A stretch of 64,000 nucleotides of DNA from Anaeromyxobacteraceae bacterium (GTDB lineage: Bacteria > Myxococcota > Myxococcia > Myxococcales > Anaeromyxobacteraceae). Of this stretch, positions 55,271 to 64,000 are shown in pieces. Both the position numbers and the translations under genes were made by a program. Within the stretch, counting starts at the first letter, position 1; each line of letters opens with the position of its first letter. The notes under the pieces were generated by a model. That model was not told the DNA's origin. It saw only the letters and a program-made list of their open reading frames with translations, and ran no database searches. The DNA lies in the NCBI GenBank assembly GCA_032654565.1, contig JAULAX010000015.1, positions 128,001 through 192,000 on the forward strand, written 5' to 3'.

Positions 55271-56299
55271 TCAGTCGAGCCGGACGCTGGCCCCGGCCGC
55301 CACGCCACCGTCCAGCGGCACCACCACCCAGCGCAGCCGGCGCTCCGCCCGGTCGAGGGCGGCGGCGCGGCCGTCGCGGTTGAAGCGCATGGCCTCGGCC
55401 ACCGCCCCGTAGATGGCGCCGCCGTACCAGAGCGACTCGCCGACCAGCAGCAGCGCCCCCAGCCCCGGCCGGCGGTCGCGGAAGGCCTCCACCGTGGCCC
55501 AGACGAAGAGGCCGTTGAGCGCCAGGGCCCCGGCGCCCGCCACCGGGTCGCCGGCGTAGGCGTGGCCCAGGCCGGGGAGCACCGCCGACAGCAGGCCGGC
55601 GGCCACCGGGCTGCGGTGCGGAGCCTTGTCCACCTCGTCGAGGACCCGCCGCAGCTCGGCCGCCTTCTCCGCCTCGCCGGCCGGGAGCGCCTCCAGCGCC
55701 AGCCGCGCCCCCGAGGCGTCGCCGTCGCGGAGCCGCGCCAGGGCGAGGAGGCCGAGCCCGGCGGTCCGCCCCGGTCCGCCGGCCGGCGGCTCCAGCTTCA
55801 GGTAGGCCTGGAGCGGCGCCAGGGCCGCGCCCGCCTGCCCGGCCCGGTAGCGAACGCTGGCCTGCAGGTAGAGCGCGGCGTCGCGCGTGGCCGGGTCGCT
55901 GGCCTCGACGGCCAGCCGCCGCAGCCCGATGACCGCGGCGTCGGGCTTTCCGCCCTGCGCGTAGGCGCGGGCCATGGCCAGCCCGGCGGCGTCGGCCAGC
56001 GCCCCCCCCGGCGCGAGGTAGCGGACCCGCTGGTACTCGCCGATGGCGCGGTAGAGGTCACCCTGGGCGGAGAGCCAGTCGCCGTAGCGGAGCGCCTCGG
56101 CCGCCTCGGCCGGGCGCGGCGGCGTGGCTGGAGGCGCAGCCGGAGCAGCGGCCGGAGCCGGCGCCAGCGCAGCGGCCTCGACCCGGGCCGACGGGGTCGT
56201 CGGGGCCGGGGCGGGCGCGGGCTCGAGGGCGAGCGGCTGCGCCGGAGCCGGCCCTGCGGCGGCCAGCTGGGTGGCCAGCAGCGCCGCCAGCCAGGTCAC
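55271..56299 (-). CDS. Secreted TPR-repeat protein with a C-terminal membrane domain (GTG start)
   Basis: GDLYRAIGEYQR TPR-like helices; SPVAAGLLSAVLPGLGHAY TM motif. Confidence 0.75.
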   Translation of the reverse strand: MTWLAALLATQLAAAGPAPAQPLALEPAPAPAPTTPSARVEAAALAPAPAAAPAAPPATPPRPAEAAEALRYGDWLSAQGDLYRAIGEYQRVRYLAPGGALADAAGLAMARAYAQGGKPDAAVIGLRRLAVEASDPATRDAALYLQASVRYRAGQAGAALAPLQAYLKLEPPAGGPGRTAGLGLLALARLRDGDASGARLALEALPAGEAEKAAELRRVLDEVDKAPHRSPVAAGLLSAVLPGLGHAYAGDPVAGAGALALNGLFVWATVEAFRDRRPGLGALLLVGESLWYGGAIYGAVAEAMRFNRDGRAAALDRAERRLRWVVVPLDGGVAAGASVRLD

Positions 56300-56697
56300 C
56301 ACGGCGGCCCCTCGAGGAAGAAGGTGGCGGCCTCGAGCGGATCGAGCAGCCCGCCCTCGGCGTCGCGGTCGAGCAGCCGCAGCGCCGAGGAGCGCTGGCC
56401 CCGCAGCAGCCGGGCCACGCCGATGAAGCTCCCCAGCAGCGGGCCGTGCCGGTGGACGGCCTCGACGGCGTAGGCGGAGCAGCTGGGCCGGTGCGGGCAG
56501 CGCGGCCCCTGGAAGCCGGCCAGCTTCCGGTAGGCCCAGATGGTGACGGGGGGCGAGGCCGGGGCCGGCACAGAGGAGGCCGGGGCGGCCTCGGCGGTGA
56601 CCGGGTGGCCGGGGGCGTCGAACGGGCCTTCGAAGGCCAGCGCCGGCGGCGCCAGCAGCGTCATCAGCAGCGCCAGCTGCGGCGGGACAGGATGCAC
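56296..56697 (-). CDS. yidD: YidD-like protein with an N-terminal signal peptide
   Basis: GPRCPHRPSCSAYAVEAVHRHGPLLG...RLLR...DP. Confidence 0.75.
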   Translation of the reverse strand: MHPVPPQLALLMTLLAPPALAFEGPFDAPGHPVTAEAAPASSVPAPASPPVTIWAYRKLAGFQGPRCPHRPSCSAYAVEAVHRHGPLLGSFIGVARLLRGQRSSALRLLDRDAEGGLLDPLEAATFFLEGPPW

Positions 56698-56790
56698 GCC
56701 GGGAGGGTAACATGCGCCGACCTGCCACGGCCGCCCCCGCGCGCCGGACCCGGGCAGGCCCGCCGCACCAACCGTCGGAGACGAATGGCC

Positions 56791-57189
56791 ATGAAGACCC
56801 CCCTGTTCCGCCTCGCCGCCCTCTCGCTCGCCGTGTCCGTGATCACCGGCTGCGTCAGCTCCACCGTCATCCACAGCCAGCCCTCCGGGGCCAGGCTCTA
56901 CCTCGATGGCGAGTCGGTCGGCAAGACGCCGTACACCATGAGTGACACGAAGATCGTCGGGTCGGGGACCCGGGTCAAGCTGGTGGCCGAGGGGTTCGAG
57001 CCGTTCGAGGCCATCCTCTACCGCAACGAGGTCTTCGACGCCGGCGCCTGCCTCGGCGGCCTGTTCATCTGGATCCCGTTCCTCTGGATCCAGGGCTACA
57101 AGCCGGAGCACAACTACGAGCTGACGCCCCTGCGCCCCGCGCCGCCCCCCGCCCCGGCCCCGGCCCCGGCCGCCCCGCCGCGGTCGTAG
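56791..57189 (+). CDS. PEGA-domain lipoprotein
   Basis: Lipobox ITGC; SQPSGARLYLDG...GKTP; Pro/Ala tail. Confidence 0.8.
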   Translation: MKTPLFRLAALSLAVSVITGCVSSTVIHSQPSGARLYLDGESVGKTPYTMSDTKIVGSGTRVKLVAEGFEPFEAILYRNEVFDAGACLGGLFIWIPFLWIQGYKPEHNYELTPLRPAPPPAPAPAPAAPPRS

Positions 57190-57284
57190 CCCGGCACCCC
57201 GCCGTCGGCACCTGGCCCTGCCGGCCCGCGCCGGCGGTCGGGCCTCGCTGACCTCGCTCCGGCCTATGGGTGGTGGGGTGCGAA

Positions 57285-58106
57285 CTACCGCCGCCCCAGG
57301 TCCAGCTTGAGGTCGACCGGGGTCTCCAGGCCGCCGGCCCGCACCGTGCCGCGCAGCCGCAGCTCGCCGCCGCCGCCGTGGAGGCTGGCCGCGGCGCGCC
57401 CGGCCCCCAGCAGTGAGACCTGGATGGGCAGGGAGAGGCGGGCCTCGCCGCCGGCGGCGAGCGGCTCCAGCCTGGCCTCGCGCCCGGCGGCCACCGTCAC
57501 CCCGTTGACCAGCAGGTCGAAGCGCAGCGCCGCGCCGGGGAGCGGGAAGGCGTTGGGGTTCTCCACCTCCAGCGCCAGCAGCAGCTCCAGCTCGGTGAGC
57601 GAGGCCAGGTTGACCGCGGCGCTGGCCAGCCGGAAGGCCGGCAGCCGCGGCACCGGCAGCCGCCCCTGGTGCGTGAACGGCAGCGTGAGGACGCCGAGCG
57701 GCGACTCGACGCCGACCGCTCCCTCGATCCGGTAGGCCACCTGCTCCTGGCGCCCGGCCCGCTCGGCCAGCCGCTGGACGTCACGCCAGCGCAGCCGCAC
57801 CGAGACGCCGAAGGGGGCCGTGCCCCGCGCCGCCAGCGCCAGGCCGCCGGGCACCTCCCCCTCGGCCACCCGCGCCTCCTCGACGTCGAGCCGCCAGCTG
57901 GCCCGGGCCACCGTGAAGGCGACGTCGTTGGGGTTCTCCAGCGTGAAGGCGAGGGACACGGTGGCCCCCTCGAGATCGACCGCCGCCACCGTGGCCTGCT
58001 GGAGCTTGAGTCGTGGCGCGGTGATGGCGGCGGCGGCCAGCCGCTGCAGCGAGGCGCAGCCGGCGAGGAGCAGGGTGGCGGCCAGCAGGACGGGGAGGCG
58101 ACGCAT
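57285..58106 (-). CDS. LEA type 2 (WHy) double-domain lipoprotein
   Basis: Lipobox LAGC; two ENPN motifs. Confidence 0.85.
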   Translation of the reverse strand: MRRLPVLLAATLLLAGCASLQRLAAAAITAPRLKLQQATVAAVDLEGATVSLAFTLENPNDVAFTVARASWRLDVEEARVAEGEVPGGLALAARGTAPFGVSVRLRWRDVQRLAERAGRQEQVAYRIEGAVGVESPLGVLTLPFTHQGRLPVPRLPAFRLASAAVNLASLTELELLLALEVENPNAFPLPGAALRFDLLVNGVTVAAGREARLEPLAAGGEARLSLPIQVSLLGAGRAAASLHGGGGELRLRGTVRAGGLETPVDLKLDLGRR

Positions 58107-58182
58107 GAGAAGGCTCCTTGGGAAGGCGTGACGATACCCGCAGACCGGGGCCCGGCGGTGGGTGAGGTGGCGGCGACCCGGC

Positions 58183-58277
58183 TTTTCCACCACGGCGCCG
58201 GTTCTCCCCGCTCCCTCCACCGGTTTTCCTCCGGCTATCCACGGCTCCATCCTCTCGGAAATCCGGCTTTTTCCACC
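58183..58277 (+). promoter_or_regulatory. Cluster of degenerate DnaA-box-like 9-mers upstream of dnaB
   Basis: TTTTCCACC (58183, 58269), TTCTCCCCG (58202), CCCTCCACC (58213), TTTTCCTCC (58224), CTATCCACG (58235). Confidence 0.55.
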
Positions 58278-58329
58278 GAACTCCAACCACGCCGGAGACA
58301 GGGGTGGCTGCTAGATTGCGCGCACTCCG

Positions 58330-59733
58330 ATGTCCGACTCCGAGCTGCAGCGCCGACCCGATGCCCCCGTCCCGCTTCGCGGGGCGCGCGACCTCCCGCA
58401 CAACGTCGAGGCCGAGCAGGCGGTGCTCGGCGCCGTGCTCATCGACGAGAACGCCTTCGACCTGGTGGCGGCGCTGCTCAAGACCGGCGACTTCTACCTG
58501 CTGGCCCACCAGCACGTCTACGCCGCGTGCGAGGAGCTGGCCAAGGAGGCGCAGACCATCGACCCGGTGATGGTGAACCACCGGCTCGGCGCCCGCGGCC
58601 TGCTCGGCACCGCGGTGCCGCGCGAGCTGGTCTTCTCGCTCTCGCGCAGCGTCGGCGTCGCCGCCAACGTCAACCACTACGCCCGGGTGGTGCAGGACCT
58701 CTCGCGCGGCCGCAAGATGATGCTCACCGCCCAGCGGGTGGTGGAGCAGGGCTACGAGTCGGGGGCCAACGTCCAGTCGTTCCTCGACGCCGCCCAGCAG
58801 GAGGTCTTCGGCGCCGCCCAGGGCACCTCCTCCGACACGCTCCGCCGCATCAAGGACCCGATGATGGCGGCGGTGGAGAACCTCGAGGCCATCCAGAAGC
58901 GGGTGGCCGAGGGGAAGTCCTTCATCACCGGCGTCCCCACCGGCTTCGCCTCGCTCGACAAGAACACCCTCGGCCTGCAGCCCGGCACCCTCTCGATCAT
59001 CGCGGCCCGCCCCTCGGTGGGCAAGACCGCCTTCGCCCTCAACCTGGCTGCCAACGCCGCGCTCAAGGGCAAGAAGGTGGCCTTCTTCTCGCTGGAGATG
59101 CCCTCCGACCAGCTGGCGCTGCGGCTGCTGGCCGCCGAGGCCAAGCTCGACTGGCGCAAGCTCTCGCAGGGGCAGCTGGGGCGCAACGAGTGGGACCGGA
59201 TCTTCCACCACGCCGAGCGCATCGCCGCCTCCAGCATCTGGCTCGACGACAACTTCGTGCTCACCCCGGTGGAGCTGCGCAGCAAGTGCCGCAAGATCCA
59301 GCGGGAGAGCGGCCTCGACCTGGTGCTGGTCGACTACCTGCAGCTCATGCACGCCCCCAGCGACCGGATGAACCAGTCGCGCGAGCAGGAGATCGCCACC
59401 ATCAGCCGCTCGCTCAAGGCGCTGGCCAACGAGCTGAAGATCCCCATCGTGGCGCTGTCGCAGCTCAACCGCGGCGTGGAGAAGCGCAAGGGGGAGCCGC
59501 CCATGCTCTCCGACCTGCGCGAGTCGGGCGCCATCGAGCAGGACGCCGACATCGTCATGTTCCTCCACCGCCAGGAGGAGGAGGACAAGGAGGCCGGGCC
59601 GCCCGGCGACACCCAGCAGGTGCAGCTGATCATCGCCAAGCAGCGGCAGGGGCCGATCGCCACCATCGACCTGGTCTTCTTCCGGACCAACACCTTCTTC
59701 GCCGAGATGGACCGCCGCCCCGGGCCGAACTGA
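58330..59733 (+). CDS. dnaB: Replicative DNA helicase
   Basis: PHNVEAEQAVLG, ARPSVGKT, FSLEM, VDYLQL, LSQLNR and DLRESGAIEQDAD. Confidence 0.97.
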   Translation: MSDSELQRRPDAPVPLRGARDLPHNVEAEQAVLGAVLIDENAFDLVAALLKTGDFYLLAHQHVYAACEELAKEAQTIDPVMVNHRLGARGLLGTAVPRELVFSLSRSVGVAANVNHYARVVQDLSRGRKMMLTAQRVVEQGYESGANVQSFLDAAQQEVFGAAQGTSSDTLRRIKDPMMAAVENLEAIQKRVAEGKSFITGVPTGFASLDKNTLGLQPGTLSIIAARPSVGKTAFALNLAANAALKGKKVAFFSLEMPSDQLALRLLAAEAKLDWRKLSQGQLGRNEWDRIFHHAERIAASSIWLDDNFVLTPVELRSKCRKIQRESGLDLVLVDYLQLMHAPSDRMNQSREQEIATISRSLKALANELKIPIVALSQLNRGVEKRKGEPPMLSDLRESGAIEQDADIVMFLHRQEEEDKEAGPPGDTQQVQLIIAKQRQGPIATIDLVFFRTNTFFAEMDRRPGPN

Positions 59734-59754
59734 GTCGCGCGCCGGGCGAGCGGA

Positions 59755-60582
59755 TCAGCGCGAGGGCCGCTCCACCCGCTGCAGCAGGCGGCGACGCCGG
59801 CCACCCGGCGGTGCCCCCGACGACCGGGCCGCCGCGTCGAGGTAGCGCTCCACCAGCCGCTTGGCGCCGCGCACCGCCTCCTCCAGCGTGGCCCCGCGCG
59901 CCAGCAGCCCGGCCAGCGCCGCGGCCAGCCGGCAGCCGGTGCCGCGGGCCGTGCCCGGCCGCCGCCGCCCGGTGAAGCGGGTGACGCGCCGTCCCTCCAC
60001 CAGCAGGTCGAGCGGCGCCCCCTCGCGGTGCCCGCCCTTCACCAGCACCGCCCGGGCCCCCAGCGCCCGCGCCGCCGCCACCGCCGCCTCGTCGTCGCCG
60101 GTGGGGAGGCCGGTCAGCGCCCGCAGCTCCTCCAGGTTGGGGGTCACCACCCGGGCCCGGGCCAGCAGCGGCGCCAGGGTCTCGGCCGGCGAGCCGTCGG
60201 CGAGATCGAGCAGCAGCGTCCCCGACGAGGAGAGCAGCACCGGGTCGACCACCAGCGGGGCCCGGGCCAGGTCGCGGGCGGAGAGCCGCGCCGCCAGGGC
60301 GTGGGCCAGCGCCGCCGTGCCCAGCATGCCGGTCTTCACCGCGCCGGGGGGGCGGCCGCCGTCGAGCAGCGCGTCCACCTGGGCCAGCAGCAGCTCCACC
60401 GGCACCGGGCTCCAGCCGCGCACCCCGCCCGGCCCCTGGGCGGTGAGCGCCGCCGCCACCGGCCAGCCGCGCGCCCCGACCGCGCCGAGCGCCTCCAGGT
60501 CGGCGGCCAGCCCGGCGCCACCGCTGGGGTCGAGCCCGGCCACCAGCAGCACCCGGGCCTCCCCCTTCGCCTTCATGAACAT
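59755..60582 (-). CDS. thiD: Hydroxymethylpyrimidine(-phosphate) kinase (start 60582 or 60576)
   Basis: AGLDPSGGAGLAADL, VKTGML, VVDPVL, TPNLEE, VKGGH and GTGC. Confidence 0.9.
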   Translation of the reverse strand: MFMKAKGEARVLLVAGLDPSGGAGLAADLEALGAVGARGWPVAAALTAQGPGGVRGWSPVPVELLLAQVDALLDGGRPPGAVKTGMLGTAALAHALAARLSARDLARAPLVVDPVLLSSSGTLLLDLADGSPAETLAPLLARARVVTPNLEELRALTGLPTGDDEAAVAAARALGARAVLVKGGHREGAPLDLLVEGRRVTRFTGRRRPGTARGTGCRLAAALAGLLARGATLEEAVRGAKRLVERYLDAAARSSGAPPGGRRRRLLQRVERPSR

Positions 60583-60630
60583 CGGCCGCTCCTCGTCATC
60601 GCCCGCGCCTCGTCATCGGCCGCTCCGCTT
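60580..60630. repeat. Three tandem 17-bp repeats between the C26 hydrolase and thiD
   Basis: CATCGGCCGCTCCTCGT / CATCGCCCGCGCCTCGT / CATCGGCCGCTCCGCTT. Confidence 0.85.
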
Positions 60631-61346
60631 CATCGGTTGCTCCTCGCCGTGGCCGCCGCCACCAGCCCGGCGTAGATGGCGGCGTGGCGCGGCTCATGGG
60701 GCGCCGCCGACTCCGGGTGCCACTGCACGCCCAGCACGAACGCCGGCCCCGGCAGCTCGACCGCCTCGATGACGCCGTCGGGGGCGCGGGCGGTGACCAC
60801 CAGCCCCCGGCCCGGCTCGCGCACCGCCTGGTGGTGCGTGGAGTTGACCATGAGTGTACCGGCGCCGACCAGGCCGGCCAGCCGGGTCCCGGGCTCCACC
60901 CGCACCGGGTGGCTGGGGGCGTCTTTGGGGGGCGGCTGCTCGTGGGTGGCGAGGCCGAGGTCGGTGGCCAGGTCCTGGTGGAGGGTGCCGCCGCGGGCCA
61001 CCGCCAGCAGCTGCATGCCGCCGCAGACCCCCAGCACCGGCAGCCCGCGCTCCAGCGCCAGCCGCAGCAGGGCCAGCTCGGCGGCGGTCCGCTCCGGCCG
61101 GGCCGGGCCGCAGGCGGGGCGGCGCGCCTCGCCGTAGAGCTCGGGGGGGACGTCGAAGGCGCCGCCGGTCACCACCAGCGCGTCGCAGAGGTCGAGCAGC
61201 GCCTGGGCGGCGCCCGGCTGGTGGGTGAGCGGCAGCGCCAGGCCGCCGGCGGCGTCGACGGCCTCGGCGTAGGCGCGCGGCAGCCGGTAGGCGGTGCCGG
61301 CCTGGTCGACGTCGAGCGTCAGGCCGACGCGGGGGCGCCGGGTCAT
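60630..61346 (-). CDS. Peptidase C26 / gamma-glutamyl-GABA hydrolase-like glutamine amidotransferase
   Basis: LVVTGG.FDV, VLGVCGGMQ, VNSTHHQAV, DGVIEA and GVQWHPE. Confidence 0.9.
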   Translation of the reverse strand: MTRRPRVGLTLDVDQAGTAYRLPRAYAEAVDAAGGLALPLTHQPGAAQALLDLCDALVVTGGAFDVPPELYGEARRPACGPARPERTAAELALLRLALERGLPVLGVCGGMQLLAVARGGTLHQDLATDLGLATHEQPPPKDAPSHPVRVEPGTRLAGLVGAGTLMVNSTHHQAVREPGRGLVVTARAPDGVIEAVELPGPAFVLGVQWHPESAAPHEPRHAAIYAGLVAAATARSNR

Positions 61347-62011
61347 GGCCCCCGCCTCCCAGCGGCGAAGGCGGCGGCCAGCGCCGCGGCCTGCCGGCGC
61401 GGCGAGGGGTGATCGAAGAGGGCGCCGATGACGGCGGCGGCGGCGGCCCCGGCGGCGGCCACCGGCCCGATGGTGTCGAGGCCGATGCCGCCGATGGCCA
61501 CCACCGGGGCCGGGAGGGCGCGCGCCACCTCGGCCAGCAGGGCCAGGCCGCGCGGCGGCTCGAGGATGCGCTTGCTGGAGGTGGCGAAGACCGGGCCGAA
61601 GCCGACGTGGTCGGCCCCCGCGGCCAGGGCCTCGAGCCCGTCGCCGAGGGTGCGGGTGGAGCGCCCCACCAGCAGGTCGGGGCCGACCACCGCCCGCGCC
61701 GCCGCCACCGGCAGGTCCTCCTCGCCGACGTGGACCCCGTCGGCGCCGGCCAGCGCCGCCAGGTCGGCCCGGTCGTTGACCAGCACCAGGGCGCGCCCGC
61801 CGGCCAGGGCCACCAGGCCCCGGGCCAGCTCCAGCAGCTCGCCGGCCGGGCGGTCTTTCACTCGCAGTTGAAGGACCTCGGCGCCGCCGGCCAGGGCCTC
61901 GGCCGCCTCGGCGAGCGGGTCGGCGCCGCCCACCAGGGCGTAGAGCCCCCGCAGCCGCTCCAGCCTGGAGGAGCGCGCCGCCGAGTCCGGGAGCGTGGTG
62001 ACACGAGCCAT
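61343..62011 (-). CDS. thiE: Thiamine-phosphate synthase
   Basis: LQLRVK, VNDRADLA, DGVHVGEED, GPVFATSSK and VAIGGI. Confidence 0.92.
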   Translation of the reverse strand: MARVTTLPDSAARSSRLERLRGLYALVGGADPLAEAAEALAGGAEVLQLRVKDRPAGELLELARGLVALAGGRALVLVNDRADLAALAGADGVHVGEEDLPVAAARAVVGPDLLVGRSTRTLGDGLEALAAGADHVGFGPVFATSSKRILEPPRGLALLAEVARALPAPVVAIGGIGLDTIGPVAAAGAAAAAVIGALFDHPSPRRQAAALAAAFAAGRRGP

Positions 62012-62109
62012 CGTTTGGGGGGTACCACGTGGCTTGACGGGCCAGCAAGCCGCCGCATATGTTCCGCCCCTCTTCACGATTCCCAGAGCGCTTCACGAGG
62101 TTCGAGAAC

Positions 62110-62298
62110 ATGTCCGAGACGTTCGAGAGCAAGCTGATCGACCGGCGCGTGGTGAAGCGCTACGTGCGCAAGGGAGTCGTCGACGAGAAGGACTACGCCG
62201 CCTTCCTCAAGGCCCTCCCCGACCTGGCCGACCAGGCGCTGCCGGTGGAGTCGGCCATGGACAACCAGTTCGACGACGACCTGGACGACGAGGGCTGA
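62110..62298 (+). CDS. Small protein with an acidic tail (62 aa)
   Basis: GAGG RBS; upstream TTGACG...TATGTT sigma70-like promoter; DRRVVKRYVRKG...LPD. Confidence 0.8.
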   Translation: MSETFESKLIDRRVVKRYVRKGVVDEKDYAAFLKALPDLADQALPVESAMDNQFDDDLDDEG

Positions 62299-62299
62299 G

Positions 62300-63667
62300 G
62301 TGAACCGGGCCCGGCCCCTCCTCGCCGCGGCCTGCCTGCTCGCCGCCACCGCCGCCGGCGCCCGCGCCCGCGAGGTGCTCCCGCGCGGCGAGGCCACGCC
62401 CGCCGCCAGCCGCCGCACCCCGGTGGTGGCCGCGGTGGAGCGGATCCGCGGCGCCGTGGTCAACGTCGCCGCCGAGGAGCTGGTCCGCATCCGCGTCCCC
62501 TCCAGGCAGGGGGCCAGCGACGACCTCTTCGGCTTCTTCGAGCACCCCCGCTACCGCAAGGGCTACGCCGTCACCTCGCTCGGCTCCGGGGTGATCGTCT
62601 CGCCCGACGGCTACGTCCTCACCAACAACCACGTGGTGGAGCGCGGGGCCCGTTTCAGGGTCGGCCTGGTGGACGGCCGCGAGCTGACCGCCAAGCTGAT
62701 CGGCACCGACTCCTCCTCCGACCTGGCGGTGCTCAAGCTGGAGACCCGCGAGAAGGTGCCGTCCGTCCCCATCGGCCGCTCCGACGAGCTGCTCATCGGC
62801 GAGACGGTGATCGCCATCGGCAACCCCTTCGGCCTGGCCAGCACCGTCACCACCGGGGTGGTCTCGGCGCTGCACCGCAACTTCAAGGCCGGCGACCGCA
62901 CCCTCTTCGACTTCATCCAGACCGACGCCTCCATCAACCCCGGCAACTCCGGCGGCCCGCTGCTCGACGTCGAGGGGCGGCTCATCGGCATCAACACCGC
63001 CATCCTCGGCGACCGGAGCGCCGGCATCGGCTTCGCCATCCCCATCGACCGGGCCCGGCGCATCGCCGAGGACCTGATCGAGCACGGCGAGGTGCGCGAG
63101 GGCTACCTGGGCGCCAGCGTCGCCGACCTGCCGGCGCGCGAGGGGGCGGTGGCCGGCAGCAGCGGCGGGGTCCAGGTGACCGGCGTCGATCCCGGCTCGC
63201 CGGCCGAGAAGGCCGGGGTGCGGCGCGGCGACCTGGTCGAGGCGGTGGACGGCGTGGTGCCGGAGGGGGCCGAGGAGTTCCGCTTCCGGCTGCGCGATCT
63301 CGCCATCGGCGGCAGCGCCCGGCTCGAGCTGAAGCGCGGCGGCCAGCGGCTCACCGTCACCGTGCCGGCGGTGGAGCTGACCCCGCAGCGGGTCGAGCAG
63401 CTGGTGCAGCGGCGGGTGGGGGTGGCGCTGGAGGAGGCCAAGGCCACCGGCGGCGTGGTGCTGGCGGTGCGGACCGTCACCAAGGGGACCCCGGCCGCCA
63501 AGGTCGGGCTGCAGAAGGGCGACCTGGTGCGCGAGGTGAACGGCGTCGAGGTGGCCAGCCTGGACGAGTTCCGCCGGGCCGCCGGGGCGGCGCGGCGCAC
63601 CGGGCAGCTGGTGCTGCTGGTGCAGCGCGGCTACGCCGCCGAGCGGATCGCCTTCGACCTCGACTAG
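62300..63667 (+). CDS. HtrA/DegP-family serine protease with 2 PDZ domains
   Basis: GSGVIV, TNNHV, DLAVLK, QTDASINPGNSGGPL and two PDZ domains. Confidence 0.93.
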   Translation: MNRARPLLAAACLLAATAAGARAREVLPRGEATPAASRRTPVVAAVERIRGAVVNVAAEELVRIRVPSRQGASDDLFGFFEHPRYRKGYAVTSLGSGVIVSPDGYVLTNNHVVERGARFRVGLVDGRELTAKLIGTDSSSDLAVLKLETREKVPSVPIGRSDELLIGETVIAIGNPFGLASTVTTGVVSALHRNFKAGDRTLFDFIQTDASINPGNSGGPLLDVEGRLIGINTAILGDRSAGIGFAIPIDRARRIAEDLIEHGEVREGYLGASVADLPAREGAVAGSSGGVQVTGVDPGSPAEKAGVRRGDLVEAVDGVVPEGAEEFRFRLRDLAIGGSARLELKRGGQRLTVTVPAVELTPQRVEQLVQRRVGVALEEAKATGGVVLAVRTVTKGTPAAKVGLQKGDLVREVNGVEVASLDEFRRAAGAARRTGQLVLLVQRGYAAERIAFDLD

Positions 63668-64000
63668 TCGCCCGCGGAGGCCGCCGCCGGGTTGCGGCGC
63701 GGCGGCGTCACCCGGCGCAGCCGGCTCCGGTCCAGGTGGTGGAACGACTCGCTCCGCCTGCTGATCCGCAGCACCGTGTCCTGCTCGTAGCCGATGGTGC
63801 CGTCGTCGTGGGCGGTCACGGTGATGGTGTACTGGGTGGTGGTGAAGTGCTCGTCGAGGAACGGCGCCGAGACGATGCCCGCGGTCGGCGAGCCGAGCGT
63901 GGCCTTGACCGTGAAGCTGCGGTCCCCGGCCGCGGCGCGCCCGCTGGCCAGCGCCACCTGGCCGCGGGGGATGGCCAGGGTCTGCAGCAGCGCGCCGGTC
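63664..64000 (-). CDS. FABP-like/nitrobindin-type beta-barrel protein (5' end outside the window)
   Basis: QTLAIPRGQVALASG...GIVSAPFL...YEQDTVL...FHHLDRSRL. Confidence 0.65.
   Translation of the reverse strand, partial: TGALLQTLAIPRGQVALASGRAAAGDRSFTVKATLGSPTAGIVSAPFLDEHFTTTQYTITVTAHDDGTIGYEQDTVLRISRRSESFHHLDRSRLRRVTPPRRNPAAASAGD

Noticed and set aside
58107..58329. Possible replication origin
   Set aside because: No perfect DnaA boxes, no AT-rich unwinding element and no adjacent dnaA; kept only as a regulatory array
62012..62109. TPP riboswitch before thiE
   Set aside because: The gap is short, holds a divergent promoter, and no CUGAGA core was seen on the minus strand

Overview
Very GC-rich bacterial chromosome segment. 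Gene content and multiheme cytochromes suggest an Anaeromyxobacter-like member of Myxococcota (inference). It is mostly housekeeping genes: kup, rplY-pth-rpsF-rpsR-rplI, mreB, argG, glgC, ogt/add, pabB(C), pcrA/uvrD, rnj, yajQ, rimO, aguBA, lolA, metH, dnaB, thiE/thiD and an HtrA protease. It also carries an electron-transfer module (CbcL-like c/b cytochrome, 12-heme cytochrome, sensor kinase, sigma54 activator) and a 13-motif multiheme lipoprotein. The most notable unexplained structure is an HUH/Y1 (RAYT-like) transposase gene at 48891-49775. It is flanked by inverted copies of the motif CCCGACCGAG(G/A)GT(T/A)CCG, which recurs nine times in intergenic DNA, including a 114-bp MITE-like pair and a 2x79-bp tandem. 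This looks like a non-canonical REP/REPIN-type system, and the transposase has a sigma54-type promoter just before its ATG. Other notable signals are a 3x17-bp repeat forming a chain of ATGA-coupled mini-ORFs into thiD, an 11-bp-phased DnaA-box-like array before dnaB, tandem TATGG-N8-CCATA operators, and a probable 30-aa membrane microprotein. No rRNA, tRNA or CRISPR array was recognised. All calls come from reading the sequence; no searches were run.
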